A DNA stretch of 64,000 bases from Methanobacteriota archaeon (GTDB taxonomy: Archaea > Methanobacteriota > Methanobacteria > Methanobacteriales > Methanobacteriaceae): assembly GCA_963787255.1 (NCBI GenBank), contig CAWBCJ010000026.1:1-64000 (forward strand), in the 5' to 3' direction. Below are positions 1 to 11,186 of this stretch, piece by piece. The translations under genes and the position numbers were made by a program. The notes beneath the pieces are model-generated. The model was not told where the DNA came from, searched no databases, and saw only the letters and a list, made by a program, of their open reading frames with translations. Positions within the stretch are counted from its first letter, which is position 1. Each line of letters starts with the position of its first letter.

Positions 1-5
1 TCGTA

Positions 6-794
6 TTATTTATGTATTTGCATTTTTATGTATTCATTCCACCTCATATTGAACATATCGACCATAGAAGATGCTACTGCAGGGCTAGGGATCCACAAAG
101 CAACTACCTTGTTAAGATCTAAAATGTCTTCATCTATTTTTGGGAACATGATTAACAATTCTTTTTCATCGACTATTACGTATTTGATGGGTGGTTTTCC
201 TGAAATTATCATTTCTGGTTGAATATCAGCGAATGCTTTTACAAGGTCAATTTCACCTTCACTGGTCTTTATAACATCTCCTGATATAATTCGAAAGCTA
301 ATATTATTTCTTTTGGCTTTTAAGATGATAGATTTTAGAGATTCAACCTCTTCAAGAAAATATAAATCACCAGTCATCATGATACTTTTCTTGGCTTTGG
401 ATACCATATCCAATGATTTAGCTGTAATATTATTCTTGCCATGAATCAGCCATACTTTAGGTATTTCCTTTTTAATTTGCTGATCATACATCATTGATAG
501 TTCACTTGATAGAGAATCGATTTGGGTAAAAAGATTTACTCTAAGTTCATCGATTATTCCTCGTGGATCTCGAGCAGTGAATAACTTTGGCCTTCCTTGC
601 TCCACATTTATCCATCCATCTTCTTCTAGTTTAGTTAACACATCATAAATTTTTGTCCGTGGTATGTTTGCTTCTTCGGCAATTTTTGTAGCGTTAATTG
701 GTCCAAATGTTGTTATGACGATGTAGGTCTTTGCACTATAATGTGTTAAGCCTAATTTTTGTAAAGTAGATAGCATTTTCTCATCAAACATCAT
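6..794 (-). CDS. TrmB family transcriptional regulator
   Basis: N-terminal HTH (LGLT..SAKTY..IPRTKIYDVL..LEEDGW..GRP) plus C-terminal effector/PLD-like domain; divergent from an MFS gene. Confidence 0.9.
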   Translation of the reverse strand: MMFDEKMLSTLQKLGLTHYSAKTYIVITTFGPINATKIAEEANIPRTKIYDVLTKLEEDGWINVEQGRPKLFTARDPRGIIDELRVNLFTQIDSLSSELSMMYDQQIKKEIPKVWLIHGKNNITAKSLDMVSKAKKSIMMTGDLYFLEEVESLKSIILKAKRNNISFRIISGDVIKTSEGEIDLVKAFADIQPEMIISGKPPIKYVIVDEKELLIMFPKIDEDILDLNKVVALWIPSPAVASSMVDMFNMRWNEYIKMQIHK

Positions 795-878
795 ATCTTT
801 TGTCTCCTGTTCACCTGTTAAAGTTACATTATATTTATATTGGTTACTGTTTTATTTAATTATAGGAGAGATAAAAAA

Positions 879-2264
879 TTGGAAACACAAATACCTGTTA
901 CAGACAAAAAAGTAAATAAAACAGCTATTTTGTTGATTGCTACTATAGCTTCCTTTTTAAGTCCATTTATGGCTATTTCAATAAATATTGCACTTCCTAC
1001 AATTTCAAGCGAATTAGCAGTAAATGCAATCCTTTTAAGCTGGATTTCAACAGCATATCTTTTAACATCTGCAATGCTTGCAGTTCCTTTCGGTAGAATT
1101 GCTGATATTTATGGGATGAAAAAGATCTTTACATATGGTATTATAATTCTCACTGTCGCTTCTTTTTTGGCAGCTATATCTCCCTCAGTCGAATTTCTTA
1201 TTATAACCCGAGCTGTTCAGGGTATTGGAAGTGCTATGATATTTGTCACAGGACTTGCTATGGTAACTTCAGTATTTCCTCCTAAAGAAAGAGGTAAAGC
1301 GATAGGAATAAATATCACCGCACTTTATATAGGATTTGTCATGAGTCCGGTCTTGGGGGGCTTCTTAACCGAGTATCTTGGCTGGAGAAGTATCTTTTAT
1401 TTAGTCGTGCCCTTGGGATTACTTGTAATTGCACTTGTATTTTGGAAAATGAAAGGAAAAGAGTGGGCAGAATGTAGAGGTGAAAAACTGGACTATTGGG
1501 GATCTTTACTTTATATCATTATGCTTGCACTGACTTTAATAGGATTCTCGACTATTACAAGCACACTTGGAATGTTAATGGTCATTTTGGGCATTATAGG
1601 GTTTATAAGTTTTGTTATTTGGGAATTAAGGGTTGAACAACCAGTTTTAGATATGAAATTATTTTTTAAAAATAGAATGTTCGCGTTCTCTAACCTGGCA
1701 GCGCTTATAAGTTATATGAGTATATTTTCAGTTGTTTTTCTGTTGAGTCTATACTTACAGTTTATAAAAGGATTTGATCCTAAAGTAGTTGGATTAATTC
1801 TTGTAGTTCAAACTGTTTTCATGGTGATCATGTCTCCTATTGCAGGTAGACTTTCTGATAAGATCGAACCTAGAAAATTAGCTACACTGGGAATGGCAAT
1901 AATAACTATTGGGCTATTAATCTTTGCATTGATAACAGCTGAAACCAGTTTATATGTTATAATATTAGGTTTAGCTATTTTAGGGACTGGAATTGGACTA
2001 TTTTCAGCTCCCAACACAAATGCTATTATGGGATCAGTAGAAAGGAAATATTTCGGTGTAGCGTCTGCTACAGTAAGTACAATGAGACTTATAGGCCAGA
2101 CTTTGGGTATGGGAATGATTTTAGTAATATTTGCAGTTTATATTGGGGCAGTTCAATTTAATCCACAAAATTATCCAGAACTCTTAGCAAGTATACAAGT
2201 AGCCTTCCTTATCTCAGTAATATTAAGTATAATAGCAATTTTTGCATCCCTAGCCCGGAAATAA
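879..2264 (+). CDS. MFS transporter, DHA2 (EmrB/QacA-like, 14 TM)
   Basis: Motifs FGRIADIYG, RAVQGIG, ERGKAIG, GRLSDK; TTG start at 879 follows GGAG. Confidence 0.9.
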   Translation: METQIPVTDKKVNKTAILLIATIASFLSPFMAISINIALPTISSELAVNAILLSWISTAYLLTSAMLAVPFGRIADIYGMKKIFTYGIIILTVASFLAAISPSVEFLIITRAVQGIGSAMIFVTGLAMVTSVFPPKERGKAIGINITALYIGFVMSPVLGGFLTEYLGWRSIFYLVVPLGLLVIALVFWKMKGKEWAECRGEKLDYWGSLLYIIMLALTLIGFSTITSTLGMLMVILGIIGFISFVIWELRVEQPVLDMKLFFKNRMFAFSNLAALISYMSIFSVVFLLSLYLQFIKGFDPKVVGLILVVQTVFMVIMSPIAGRLSDKIEPRKLATLGMAIITIGLLIFALITAETSLYVIILGLAILGTGIGLFSAPNTNAIMGSVERKYFGVASATVSTMRLIGQTLGMGMILVIFAVYIGAVQFNPQNYPELLASIQVAFLISVILSIIAIFASLARK

Positions 2265-2290
2265 AGTAAAAATTTTATCCAAAAAAGACA

Positions 2291-2350
2291 ATAGATCCTC
2301 AAACTATGGAATCAATGCTTGTTAAGGGATTGTACTTTGCTGGGGGGGGA
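2291..2350 (+). pseudogene. Relic of HI0933/BaiN-family flavoprotein C-terminal motif
   Basis: Manual translation IDPQTMESMLVKGLYFAG matches the family motif IDPKTMESKLVKGLYFAGE; no rest of gene. Confidence 0.65.
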
Positions 2351-2441
2351 ATAATTTTTTTTGTTAAGCATTGAAAAATTCCATTTTTTTTGTTAAGATT
2401 TATCTATTGTGAAATTATAATTATGATTTGGTGATCAAAAA

Positions 2442-2786
2442 ATGATGAAGGGAGATATAAAAACTGCTTATTACATACAAGATGCACCTGAAGCAGTAAT
2501 TATTTTTGCAAGATTTGAAGTAGTTGAAGAACTTGAAAACAGTGGAGAAATAGTAGATTTTTATGAGAGAACAAGAAAATTTGGATTATATCTAAGCAAA
2601 GAACTTGATTTTAGTGTATTTACAAGTGTTATACCCGATACTGCAATACAATTTCCAACATCAAACCTTTATGTAATAGAAGCCATGACAATAATTCCTA
2701 AAACTGAAAATTTCCAAGAAAAAATAAGTAATGTTGAAAAAAGTCTTAAAGAAGCTATTTTGAATAGTTCTCCAAAATTTTATTAA
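2442..2786 (+). CDS. Hypothetical protein
   Basis: 114-aa ORF with GGTGA SD-like upstream; no recognised family. Confidence 0.6.
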   Translation: MMKGDIKTAYYIQDAPEAVIIFARFEVVEELENSGEIVDFYERTRKFGLYLSKELDFSVFTSVIPDTAIQFPTSNLYVIEAMTIIPKTENFQEKISNVEKSLKEAILNSSPKFY

Positions 2787-3291
2787 TTCAATCCTTGTTT
2801 TGAAGCCTTTTCCTCTTTTTTAAAGTTTAAATATTTCCAGTAAACAAATATACGGCGTGAAACCATCGCACCAAGCGTCATAATAAGAAACGCAGCAGTT
2901 AAAAGGTCTAATCCTCGAATCCGGTGCCTCCCAACACGTTTTTACCATACACTTTTAATAATATAATTGCAATCCATATAAATACTGCAATAAATGAACC
3001 TTTTAAAATCATAGCCCCATTTTCATCAATTTTAACTTCAAAGAATTTGCCAATTAAAATGCCTACTAATAGGCCTATTATAAGTGCCGCCAAAATAACT
3101 GCAACGTTAAATGCACTTATAAGTTCACTGTTAACTATTGGAATAGTTATATAAGCTACTAAAATGGGCATGATGAATAATGTCCATAATTTAACTTTTC
3201 TTTGGCGTAACTGTAATATAATGATTAGAAGAATCACTAGGAGAAAACCCTGATTATTCATTAGATTACTGTCTGGCATTATTACTGTCAT
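2783..3291 (-). CDS. CcdC/DUF1453-like membrane protein, frameshift near 2915
   Basis: Hydrophobic ORF 2908-3291 continues in another frame as GLDLLTAAFLIMTLGAMVSRRIFVYWKY...GLN* to 2783. Confidence 0.65.
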
Positions 3292-3680
3292 TTTTTTTAA
3301 TTCACCATATTATTTCATTTTCATGTTATTTCTTACATGATGTTTGTGATTTAATTATTTAAATTAATGGCTTAATATGATTAGTTTTTTTTTTAATTAA
3401 AAAGATAAAAATTATCCTTAGAATTAACCATTATTCTACAAAAAAAATAGCTAATAGAATTAAAAGGAAGATCTACTAATGGATACTTAGCAAATCATAA
3501 CTTGATAATGAATTCATTCTTTTCTTTGAATTCTGCATTAGATCTTTAATTTTATTATCAGTTTAAACTATTATTTTTTTTGTACTTTCTTTTTCTTCTT
3601 TGAGTTCATTTACTGTCTCGATTAGTTCATCTATTTTTTCTTCGTACCTAATTAGGTTTTCATTCATATGCCTCATTAAG

Positions 3681-3834
3681 TAACCTGTGATTTGAATTTA
3701 TATCAAATTCTTTGATTAAACAGTTTTTAAAGGTAGATTCCCTCATAAACCCATTTCATCATGGGGGATCATAAAGTGGAGTTAACCACCTATAATCTAA
3801 AAGCAGGAACCATATTATCTGGTTTCCTCATCAT
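3681..3834 (-). pseudogene. N-terminal relic of a class I SAM methyltransferase
   Basis: Degenerate reading MRKPDNMVPA-DYRWLTPLYDP-MKW-MRESTFKN resembles the PAL.Y.WLTPLYD..MRE.TFK start of these enzymes; several indels. Confidence 0.55.
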
Positions 3835-3928
3835 AATCCCTTATTTCAACAAAATATAATTTGAGTTTTATTATATTAATTAAATTCATAAAATCTCTTA
3901 TTAGGCGAATTAAGGCGGTTTAAAGAGG

Positions 3929-4153
3929 TTAAATTTCAATATATTGTATTGCAACGTGTATTAGTACTACAACTATAGCTAAAATTGCGATTCGATGATG
4001 CCATTGTGGTTGAATATTTTTAACTCTTTTTCCCAATATGCGCATATTTATACTTCTAATTAAAGCCACAAATATGAAGAGAATTAAGGCCGCTATTCCC
4101 ATATAAATAACTAAATCTATACCAAAAATTGGATAATGAGCTAATTCAGTCAT
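3929..4153 (-). CDS. Small hypothetical membrane protein (2 TM, HH..H motif)
   Basis: 74-aa hydrophobic ORF, GGAGG upstream. Confidence 0.65.
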   Translation of the reverse strand: MTELAHYPIFGIDLVIYMGIAALILFIFVALIRSINMRILGKRVKNIQPQWHHRIAILAIVVVLIHVAIQYIEI

Positions 4154-4276
4154 ATTTTAATCAAACTTCCTCCTGATTTTTTTTCAAGGTCTCTTTATTT
4201 TTACTTAATTCATATTGAAAAAAATTTAATTTTTTATCAATAATATTATTAACTTTTTCTTATATACTATTATAAT

Positions 4277-4666
4277 ATGTCCACTTCCCCCAATATTGAA
4301 AGATTATTTTTGGATTATATAAAAGATATGGGAGAGAACCCCGGAGGTTTTATTGGCCTTTTAAAACCCGAACATCTAGAAAAAGGCGACCCCAAGACAC
4401 TTGGAGAAGAAATAAAAAGAGGAGCTGCTATTTTAGAAAATGGAATTAACTACATGAATTTCGAATCATGGGAACTTGAAAAAGGTAAAACTGGCTCAAG
4501 ATTAAAAGAATCAGTGCAAATCTACCGTAAAATGGGAGAAGAAATTGAAATGATGACAGAAAAAGAACCCAAAGAATACCATCTATACGTAATAGCTCTA
4601 CTTATTGACATAATTTCCAGTCTACTTAACCATATTGAAATTCATATAGCCGAAAATCAAGGCTAA
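4277..4666 (+). CDS. Hypothetical protein
   Basis: 129-aa ORF; TATA-like element just upstream (probably leaderless). Confidence 0.65.
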   Translation: MSTSPNIERLFLDYIKDMGENPGGFIGLLKPEHLEKGDPKTLGEEIKRGAAILENGINYMNFESWELEKGKTGSRLKESVQIYRKMGEEIEMMTEKEPKEYHLYVIALLIDIISSLLNHIEIHIAENQG

Positions 4667-4710
4667 AAATCCACTTTAATCCTAAAAAATTTTTGTAGAG
4701 GTGATTTTTA

Positions 4711-5151
4711 ATGTATAAAAAAATATTATTGGCAACAGATGGCTCAAAGACTGCTCTTAAGGCAGCTAAACATGCTATGTGGACTGCAGGACAAAGTAAT
4801 GCAGAACTTATAGCATTGCATGTAATTGATATGTCTTTATATGGTGGATTAACAGCAAAATCTAAAGGAAATGTTAAAGAAATGCTTGTAAAAGAAGGGA
4901 AAAAAGCATTTGATGAAATTGTTGATATGTCCATAAAATGCAGGCAAAAATATGATAAAGAGATTAAAATGACTTTTATAACTAAAGAAGGTCACCCTGC
5001 GGATACAATATTGAAAACAGTGGAAGATGAAGGTGTTGACCTTGTAGTTGTTGGAACATCTGGAAAACATGGCTTAGACAGATTTTTATTAGGTAGTGTA
5101 GCTGGAAACGTGGCAAGATTTTCACCATCTCCAGTTTTAGTAATACGATGA
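4711..5151 (+). CDS. Universal stress protein (UspA family)
   Basis: [43 protein letters not shown]. Confidence 0.95.
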   Translation: MYKKILLATDGSKTALKAAKHAMWTAGQSNAELIALHVIDMSLYGGLTAKSKGNVKEMLVKEGKKAFDEIVDMSIKCRQKYDKEIKMTFITKEGHPADTILKTVEDEGVDLVVVGTSGKHGLDRFLLGSVAGNVARFSPSPVLVIR

Positions 5152-5208
5152 ATATTATTCTATTTAATATTTTCAGAACGTTAACATCAACAATAGGAGA
5201 AAAATATT

Positions 5209-6013
5209 TTGAAAGATCCACTACCTTCAATTTTTGTTTCACATGGGGCTCCCACTTTACCCCTGGAGGATATACCTGCCCGAAAATTCCTTAAAGAATT
5301 AGGAACTCAATTTAACAAAGTAAAAGCAGTATTATGCATATCTGCACACTGGGCCACATCTCCTCCTACAGTTAACATGGTACAAAGACCAGAAACCATT
5401 CACGATTTCTATGGCTTCCCAGAAAAACTCTATCAAATAGATTACCCCGCTTCAGGCGAACCTACAACTGGCAGAGCAAGTGGCAGAACTTATTCAAGCT
5501 GCAGACATTCCCTGCAATATTGATGATAAGAGAGGTCTGGATCATGGAGCTTGGGTGCCATTGATGCTCATGTACCCTGATGCTGATATCCCGGTGGTTC
5601 AGCTATCCATCCAGAGCCATTTGGACGCGTCTTTACACTTGAAGGTTGGCAGGGCCTTAAACAGTCTGAGAAATGAAAATGTACTCATACTGGGAAGTGG
5701 TGGAGCAGTACATCCACTAGGATATGCAGATTTTCGATTGGGTGGTGAAACGGATAAGTGGGCTATTGAATTTGATAACTGGCTAACTGATGCGGTTACC
5801 AGGGGTGATGAACATTTAATAACCAACTATCGTCAATTGGCACCCTATCCTGAAAGGGCTCATCCCTATCCGGATCATTACATGCCCTTGGTTGTGGCCT
5901 TGGGAGCAGCGGGAAAAGGAGCTAAAGGAAGGGTAATTCATCATAGTTGGTATGCCGGTGACCTGGGCATGGCTGCCTACCAGTTTCAACACCCTTCTGA
6001 AAAATTAAAATAA
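5209..6013 (+). CDS. DODA/YgiD-type extradiol dioxygenase (LigB family), single frameshift near 5464
   Basis: [50 protein letters not shown]; one extra A joins the two ORFs. Confidence 0.9.
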
Positions 6014-6066
6014 CAATATTTTATTTATCCATAAAAAAAATGATATTATATCACGGAGGGTTATGG

Positions 6067-7246
6067 ATGGAATACAAAGAAAAAGTTAAAGGGAAGGAAT
6101 CTTCATTTTGGTTAGAAACTTGTCCTAAAACAAATTTTCCTAAGCTTGAGAAAGGATTAAAAGTGGATGTGGCCATACTTGGAGGTGGTATTGCCGGTAT
6201 TACCACAGCAACATTATTAAAAGAATCAGGACTTAGAGTTGCAGTTATTGAAAGTGATTGAATTATAAAGGATGTAACCATTGGGACCACGGCTAAAATA
6301 AGTGCAGCACCTAACATGATTTATAACGCGTTAATATCTAATTTGGGTAAAAATAAGGCGCAAAAATTTGCAAATGCTAATATGAAATCTTTGGAAAAGA
6401 TTTCAGAGATTATAAAAGAGCGGGAAATAGATTGTGATTTTAAACGTCTTCCATTGTATATTTACTCTGAGTCCTCTGAAAAGGTTGATGAAATTAAAAG
6501 CGAATTTAATGCTGCAAAAGAGTTGGGGCTTCCGGTTTCTTACACTGAAGATGTGCCATTACCCTTTAAAACAGTGTCCTGCTATAAAATATGATAACCA
6601 GGCACAATTCCATCCCCGCAAATATCTTCTAGCACTTTCTGAGGATTTAAATGGCGAAGGTAGTTATGTCTTCGAGCAAACCCAAGTTATTACAGTTAAA
6701 GATGGTGAAACAAAAGAAGTAATCACTGATCAAGGTTCGATAATGGCTGAAAAAGTTGTAATTGCAACACACACTCCTGTATATGACCCGGATTTGCTCT
6801 ACAAACATTTGTTTCCTGCGAGATCCTATGTTTTAGCATTATATACAAATGGAGATTTCCCTGATGGAATGTTCATAGACGTCGATCCTGTACATACATA
6901 CCGTACCACCCCAACAGACAAAGGTAAATTGGTTATAGTTGCAGGAGAACATAGTCCAGTGGATGTAGCTGACAAAAATGTTTATTATGGCCGCCTTGAA
7001 AATTACGCACGTCACCACTTGGATGTTAAATCTATCGAGTACCGTTGGTCAAGTAAAGATAACATTACTGATGATGGTTTGCCAATTATAGGTATGACAT
7101 CTAAAGAGGGAATATATGTAGCAACAGGGTTAGGTTTTTGGGGTATGACAAATGGAACCACAGCAGGTATGGTAAATGCAGATCTAATTAATGAAAAGGA
7201 AAATGAATTTGTTGATTTATTCAATCCTTTACGCTTCAGTCAGTAA
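6067..7246 (+). pseudogene. FAD-dependent oxidoreductase (DAO/YhfW-like, no Rieske domain); in-frame TGA at 6259 and frameshift near 6575
   Basis: SFW, DVAILGGGIAG Rossmann motif, TTAKIS, QAQFHPRKY, IATHTP, WGMTNGT. Confidence 0.8.
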
Positions 7247-7351
7247 AAAAAAATATAAAGTTATTATGTAGTAGAGATTCTAAAAAAATATTTTTATATC
7301 AATTAAATAAATAATCATTTGTTTAATAAATAAAAATTATGGGGAGATATT

Positions 7352-8119
7352 TTGAAACAGTTTTTAATAACCCCTGCAGCGGGAAAAAGATTAATAGCAA
7401 AAGCATTGGCCAAACATCCAGTAATAAATGAATCTCTCTCATCTGGAACCATTGTTATAATTGCTGGAACTACAAACGGTTACGTAGCCGAAGAAATATT
7501 ATCTATAATAGGTCAAAATGAAGATTTTTCAAGAAAAAGATTCTTCAGGGGAGTTGTACTTCCTCCCGGCGGTCCTGTAACCAACTCAGGACGTATTAAA
7601 GATGAAACAGGGTTTCCAGGAGATGTAGTAATTAAAGATGGCATCTGGCAAAAGGGAAAAACCATCTTTGACGTTGTAGATGATTTAAAGGAAGGAGATG
7701 TGATTTTAAAAGGAGTTAACGCGTTAAATCTTCCAAAAGGACAGGCAGGTATATACATTGGAGATCCGTATGGTGGAACAATTGGTGCATCGATTCAGGC
7801 AGTTGTAGGCCGACGTGTCAGATTAATACTTCCTGTAGGGCTTGAAAAACGAGTTTACAGTGATTTAAATGAATTAGCGTTGAAATTAAATGTTCCAGGT
7901 GTATCTGGGCCTCGTTTGTTACCTGTAGCTGGTGAGATAATCACAGAAATTGAAGCTATTTCACTTCTTACCGGTGCAAAGGCAGAACTGGTTGCTGGTG
8001 GTGGAGTAAATGGGGCTGAAGGCGCTATATGGCTTGCTGTAACTGGAAGCGATGAACAGATTGTATCTACAATGAAATTGTTAAATTCTGTTATTAGAGA
8101 GCCTAATTTTGAGCTTTAA
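7352..8119 (+). CDS. Conserved hypothetical protein of anaerobes
   Basis: 255-aa ORF with motifs [39 protein letters not shown]; GGGGAG SD. Confidence 0.75.
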   Translation: MKQFLITPAAGKRLIAKALAKHPVINESLSSGTIVIIAGTTNGYVAEEILSIIGQNEDFSRKRFFRGVVLPPGGPVTNSGRIKDETGFPGDVVIKDGIWQKGKTIFDVVDDLKEGDVILKGVNALNLPKGQAGIYIGDPYGGTIGASIQAVVGRRVRLILPVGLEKRVYSDLNELALKLNVPGVSGPRLLPVAGEIITEIEAISLLTGAKAELVAGGGVNGAEGAIWLAVTGSDEQIVSTMKLLNSVIREPNFEL

Positions 8120-8169
8120 CCTTAAAACAAAAATTATTTTTATTTAGATTTTTTGAAAGATACTACAAG

Positions 8170-8260
8170 CATTTCTTTTTTTCTATCATAAATTCAGTGC
8201 TGTAGTCGTGTCCTAGTAACCCCTGGAATGTATAATAAGATGATGGGCTCTAATTTTCAT
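8170..8260 (-). pseudogene. DUF1284 family N-terminal relic
   Basis: MKIRAHHL followed by degenerate ..G.DYSTEF resembles the DUF1284 start (RxHHLLC..GF.G.GYS.EF). Confidence 0.45.
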
Positions 8261-8335
8261 TTTAAAAGGACAATTAGCGATTAAAAATTAAAAGAAATAG
8301 GGAAAGAATAGTTTTATACTTTCCATCTACTTGAT

Positions 8336-8974
8336 TCATACGTCAATTTCTTCAGCGAATGGTTCTTTTGGTGTAATGATCTTGGTTACTCCTGCTGCAC
8401 CTGCTATTTTAATTAGATCTCCAATAACAAATGGAAGAAGTCCCATTACTAGTAAAGTCCATATTGAAGGTATGGAACCTTTAGCGAAGTATAGAAATGC
8501 GCCTAAACCGATTAATCCGGGGATGTATATAATTGCAAAGTTTGCAAGGAGCATTAATCCTAACATTGGTTTGAAACTTCTTGCTTTGATATATTTATCG
8601 GTAAAGTGACCCAGAAATAGTGCCGCTAATATGAATCCTAGTAAATAACCGGCTGTAGCTCCAAAGATTATGCTGTAGCCACCAGTCATTCCTGTAAACC
8701 ATGGAACGCCAGCTAAACCTATTGCAATGTACATTATCATGCTCATTCCGCCCCAGTATCTGCCCAAGACCACTCCTGCCATTAAAACGGCGAAGGTTTG
8801 CCCGGTAACTGGTATGGGAGTCCATGGTAGAGGTATGACTATTTGGGCGAGAATTCCGGTAATACAGGCCATAAAAAATGCTATAATCACTTTATTTGTT
8901 AAAGATAGTTCCCTGTTCCACTTAAAAAATGTGAACCTCTTTTTATAATAATTATCAACAATTGATATTTCCAT
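8336..8974 (-). CDS. bioY: Biotin transporter BioY (ECF S component)
   Basis: AQIVIPLPWTPIPVTGQTFAV, GLAGVPWF, GYLLGF, PFVIGDLIK. Confidence 0.95.
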   Translation of the reverse strand: MEISIVDNYYKKRFTFFKWNRELSLTNKVIIAFFMACITGILAQIVIPLPWTPIPVTGQTFAVLMAGVVLGRYWGGMSMIMYIAIGLAGVPWFTGMTGGYSIIFGATAGYLLGFILAALFLGHFTDKYIKARSFKPMLGLMLLANFAIIYIPGLIGLGAFLYFAKGSIPSIWTLLVMGLLPFVIGDLIKIAGAAGVTKIITPKEPFAEEIDV

Positions 8975-9200
8975 TTTTATATGCCTCCTCCTATCGAATT
9001 AAAGTTAGATTTAAGTCCAAATCCTTTCTTTATAATATATTATGAAATTGTTAAATTCAATGTACACATGTGATACATTAAATGGTTAAAGTTAAAAAGG
9101 AGTAACTAATCTCCTTTATTGATTAGATTAAAATAATATAAATACTTTATTTACACAGTGAAATCTAAAAAAAAGATAGTTAGTATATTCATTTAATGGG

Positions 9201-9455
9201 TTATTCTGTTTTAAAAACTCCTCCGTAATGGAATTTTAAAACGTTGGACTTTATGGGTATTGAAATGTAACTATCCTCACCAGAAGATAGATCTTGGATG
9301 GAAATAAGTATTCTGTGTTCGTTTATTTCAATTTTATTTACTTTACCCATTTCGTCTTCCATACCTCCTAACTGATAATAAAGCTTCTTTGAAACATTGT
9401 AACCGTCTTCTATTGCTTCTTCTAGATAAATTTTAACCCATTTTACCAATGCCAT
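9201..9455 (-). CDS. Hypothetical protein
   Basis: 84-aa ORF with AAGGAG SD. Confidence 0.6.
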   Translation of the reverse strand: MALVKWVKIYLEEAIEDGYNVSKKLYYQLGGMEDEMGKVNKIEINEHRILISIQDLSSGEDSYISIPIKSNVLKFHYGGVFKTE

Positions 9456-9569
9456 TTTTTTATTGTCTCCTTATTCATAGATTATAATTGTGTAACATAA
9501 ATAATTTTATAATATAATCAACTGTTAGTATAATTGTCTTGAAATTAAATTTTTAGCCTAATTAATCCT

Positions 9570-10532
9570 TTATTGTTCCTGTCCGTAAATTGTTGTTATT
9601 TCTAATAGTTCTTCAGGATAAGGCTCAAAAAATGTTTGATTACCCAAATATTCATTTTCAAATCGTATAATCCACGATTTTAAGACATTTTGACATACCA
9701 GAAGCGGATAAATACCCTGTCTATATTTTTCTACTAAATCCAAAAAGAATGATTTCTCATTTGAATTAAGGTTTTTTGAAAAATAGCCCAATGAATGCAT
9801 TAAAACATTAATATTAGATGCTTTTTCTGCAGTATATAACATGCTGTCCCTGAAAATATCTTCATATTTTGAAAAAAGTTCTTTAACGTCAATTTTATCT
9901 TGATTAGCAATGATTCTTCCCATTTTCTTTACATTTTCCTGATTATAGGTCATTAAAAGATATTTGTTCACACTATGGAAGTTAATAAGCTCATTTAGAT
10001 CACCGGATTCTGTGGCTTTTCGAAAGTTTGCTATTGTGTATAATTTTGTTAAGAAGTTTTCACGTAGCTTTAAATTTCTAAGCCGGCCTTCATCTTCAAC
10101 TGCAAGGTATGGAAATTTTTTTAATACGGCTCCTCCAAAAAATCCGTATTTATTTTTTGTTCTACCCTGTCCATATCCATGATATACTCTAACGGCTTTG
10201 ATACCGCATGAAGGTGACTTATTTTTTAATATGAAACCATCAATGTTCTTAACATTTTCTAGAAATTCGTTGGTGAATTTTTCCATTTTTCCTGTTAAAT
10301 CTTCCTCTGTAGAAGGCTGATAAAGCCTTAATTGGTCTTTGATTTCAATAACACGTATGGGATCTCGTGGAACTCCAAGACCAATTTCCACTTCTGGGCA
10401 AACTGGATGAAAATTAATGTAATTTTTCAGTTTTTCTACGAATTCGCTTTTAATTATAAGGCCGTTCCATCTGCAGGCCTCAAAGCCGATGCATTTGCTT
10501 ATAATAACTTCTGGTTTTACGAATTCTTTCAA
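9570..10532 (-). CDS. DUF523 (TudS)-DUF1722 (YbgA) fusion, RudS-like Fe-S desulfidase
   Basis: ISKC..EACRWNG, VCPEVEIGLGVPR, KSPSCG, EDEGRL, FHSVNKYLLM, NVLMHSLGYF, YLGNQTFFEPYP. Confidence 0.9.
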   Translation of the reverse strand: MKEFVKPEVIISKCIGFEACRWNGLIIKSEFVEKLKNYINFHPVCPEVEIGLGVPRDPIRVIEIKDQLRLYQPSTEEDLTGKMEKFTNEFLENVKNIDGFILKNKSPSCGIKAVRVYHGYGQGRTKNKYGFFGGAVLKKFPYLAVEDEGRLRNLKLRENFLTKLYTIANFRKATESGDLNELINFHSVNKYLLMTYNQENVKKMGRIIANQDKIDVKELFSKYEDIFRDSMLYTAEKASNINVLMHSLGYFSKNLNSNEKSFFLDLVEKYRQGIYPLLVCQNVLKSWIIRFENEYLGNQTFFEPYPEELLEITTIYGQEQ

Positions 10533-10570
10533 AAAAATTAACCTCTATTTTTTTTTAAAAAAAATTTTTT

Positions 10571-11059
10571 TTATGGGTTTAAAAGGTATATTGTGTAGTT
10601 TAGGTATGATGCAATAGTTACCCAGATGATGTAGGGTACTAGAAGGAGTCCTGCTGCTTTTGATATTCTATAGAACACTATTATGTTGATAAGTATTGCG
10701 ATCCAGAGGAATATTATTTCGATTAGTCCTCCTGTAATAGATCTTAATCCAAAGAATATAACGGACCATAAAATGTTTAGGATAATTTGCACGCCAAAAA
10801 TGGCCATGGCAATTTTCACATCTTGCCTTTGGAAGCCTTTTCTCCAAACAAGAAACAGTGCAATACCCATTAAGATGAATAGTGTTGTCCATATAGGTGC
10901 AAATGCCCATGCTGGGGGTGTCCATGCTGGTTTATTTAAAACATTAAAGAAATTGGTTATGCCGTCAAATGTGGCAAAAGAGCCGATAAATCCAGCTATT
11001 AAAGGTATTAGGATAGATATTACAAGTTTTACAATATCGTCTTTTTTAGAACTTTCCAT
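10571..11059 (-). CDS. tspO: TspO/MBR family tryptophan-rich sensory protein
   Basis: LNKPAWTPPAWAFAPIWTTL, LNILWSVIFF, LLVPYIIWVTIASYLN. Confidence 0.95.
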   Translation of the reverse strand: MESSKKDDIVKLVISILIPLIAGFIGSFATFDGITNFFNVLNKPAWTPPAWAFAPIWTTLFILMGIALFLVWRKGFQRQDVKIAMAIFGVQIILNILWSVIFFGLRSITGGLIEIIFLWIAILINIIVFYRISKAAGLLLVPYIIWVTIASYLNYTIYLLNP

Positions 11060-11118
11060 TTTTATATGCCATCCTTTTTAATTAATGTTAGTGGTATATA
11101 ACTTAAATTATTAATAAT

Positions 11119-11143
11119 TTATGCCATTTTTTTTGGGGGCATA
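11119..11143. terminator. Hairpin between WYL gene and tspO
   Basis: TTATGCC...GGCATAA inverted repeat. Confidence 0.3.
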
Positions 11144-11186
11144 AAATTGAATAATGTTTACTCTAATTATGTTGATAAAAATCAGT

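Noticed and set aside
6259-6261. In-frame TGA as selenocysteine
   Set aside because: The position corresponds to a non-catalytic Arg (ESDRI), Methanobacteriales are not known to use Sec, and no SECIS was seen; a nonsense mutation or base error is likelier.
9490-9517. dif-like site (ATAA-N6-TTAT with a TTATGTTACAC arm)
   Set aside because: The arms are poorly symmetric, and the stretch is explained as the AT-rich promoter of the 9201-9455 gene.
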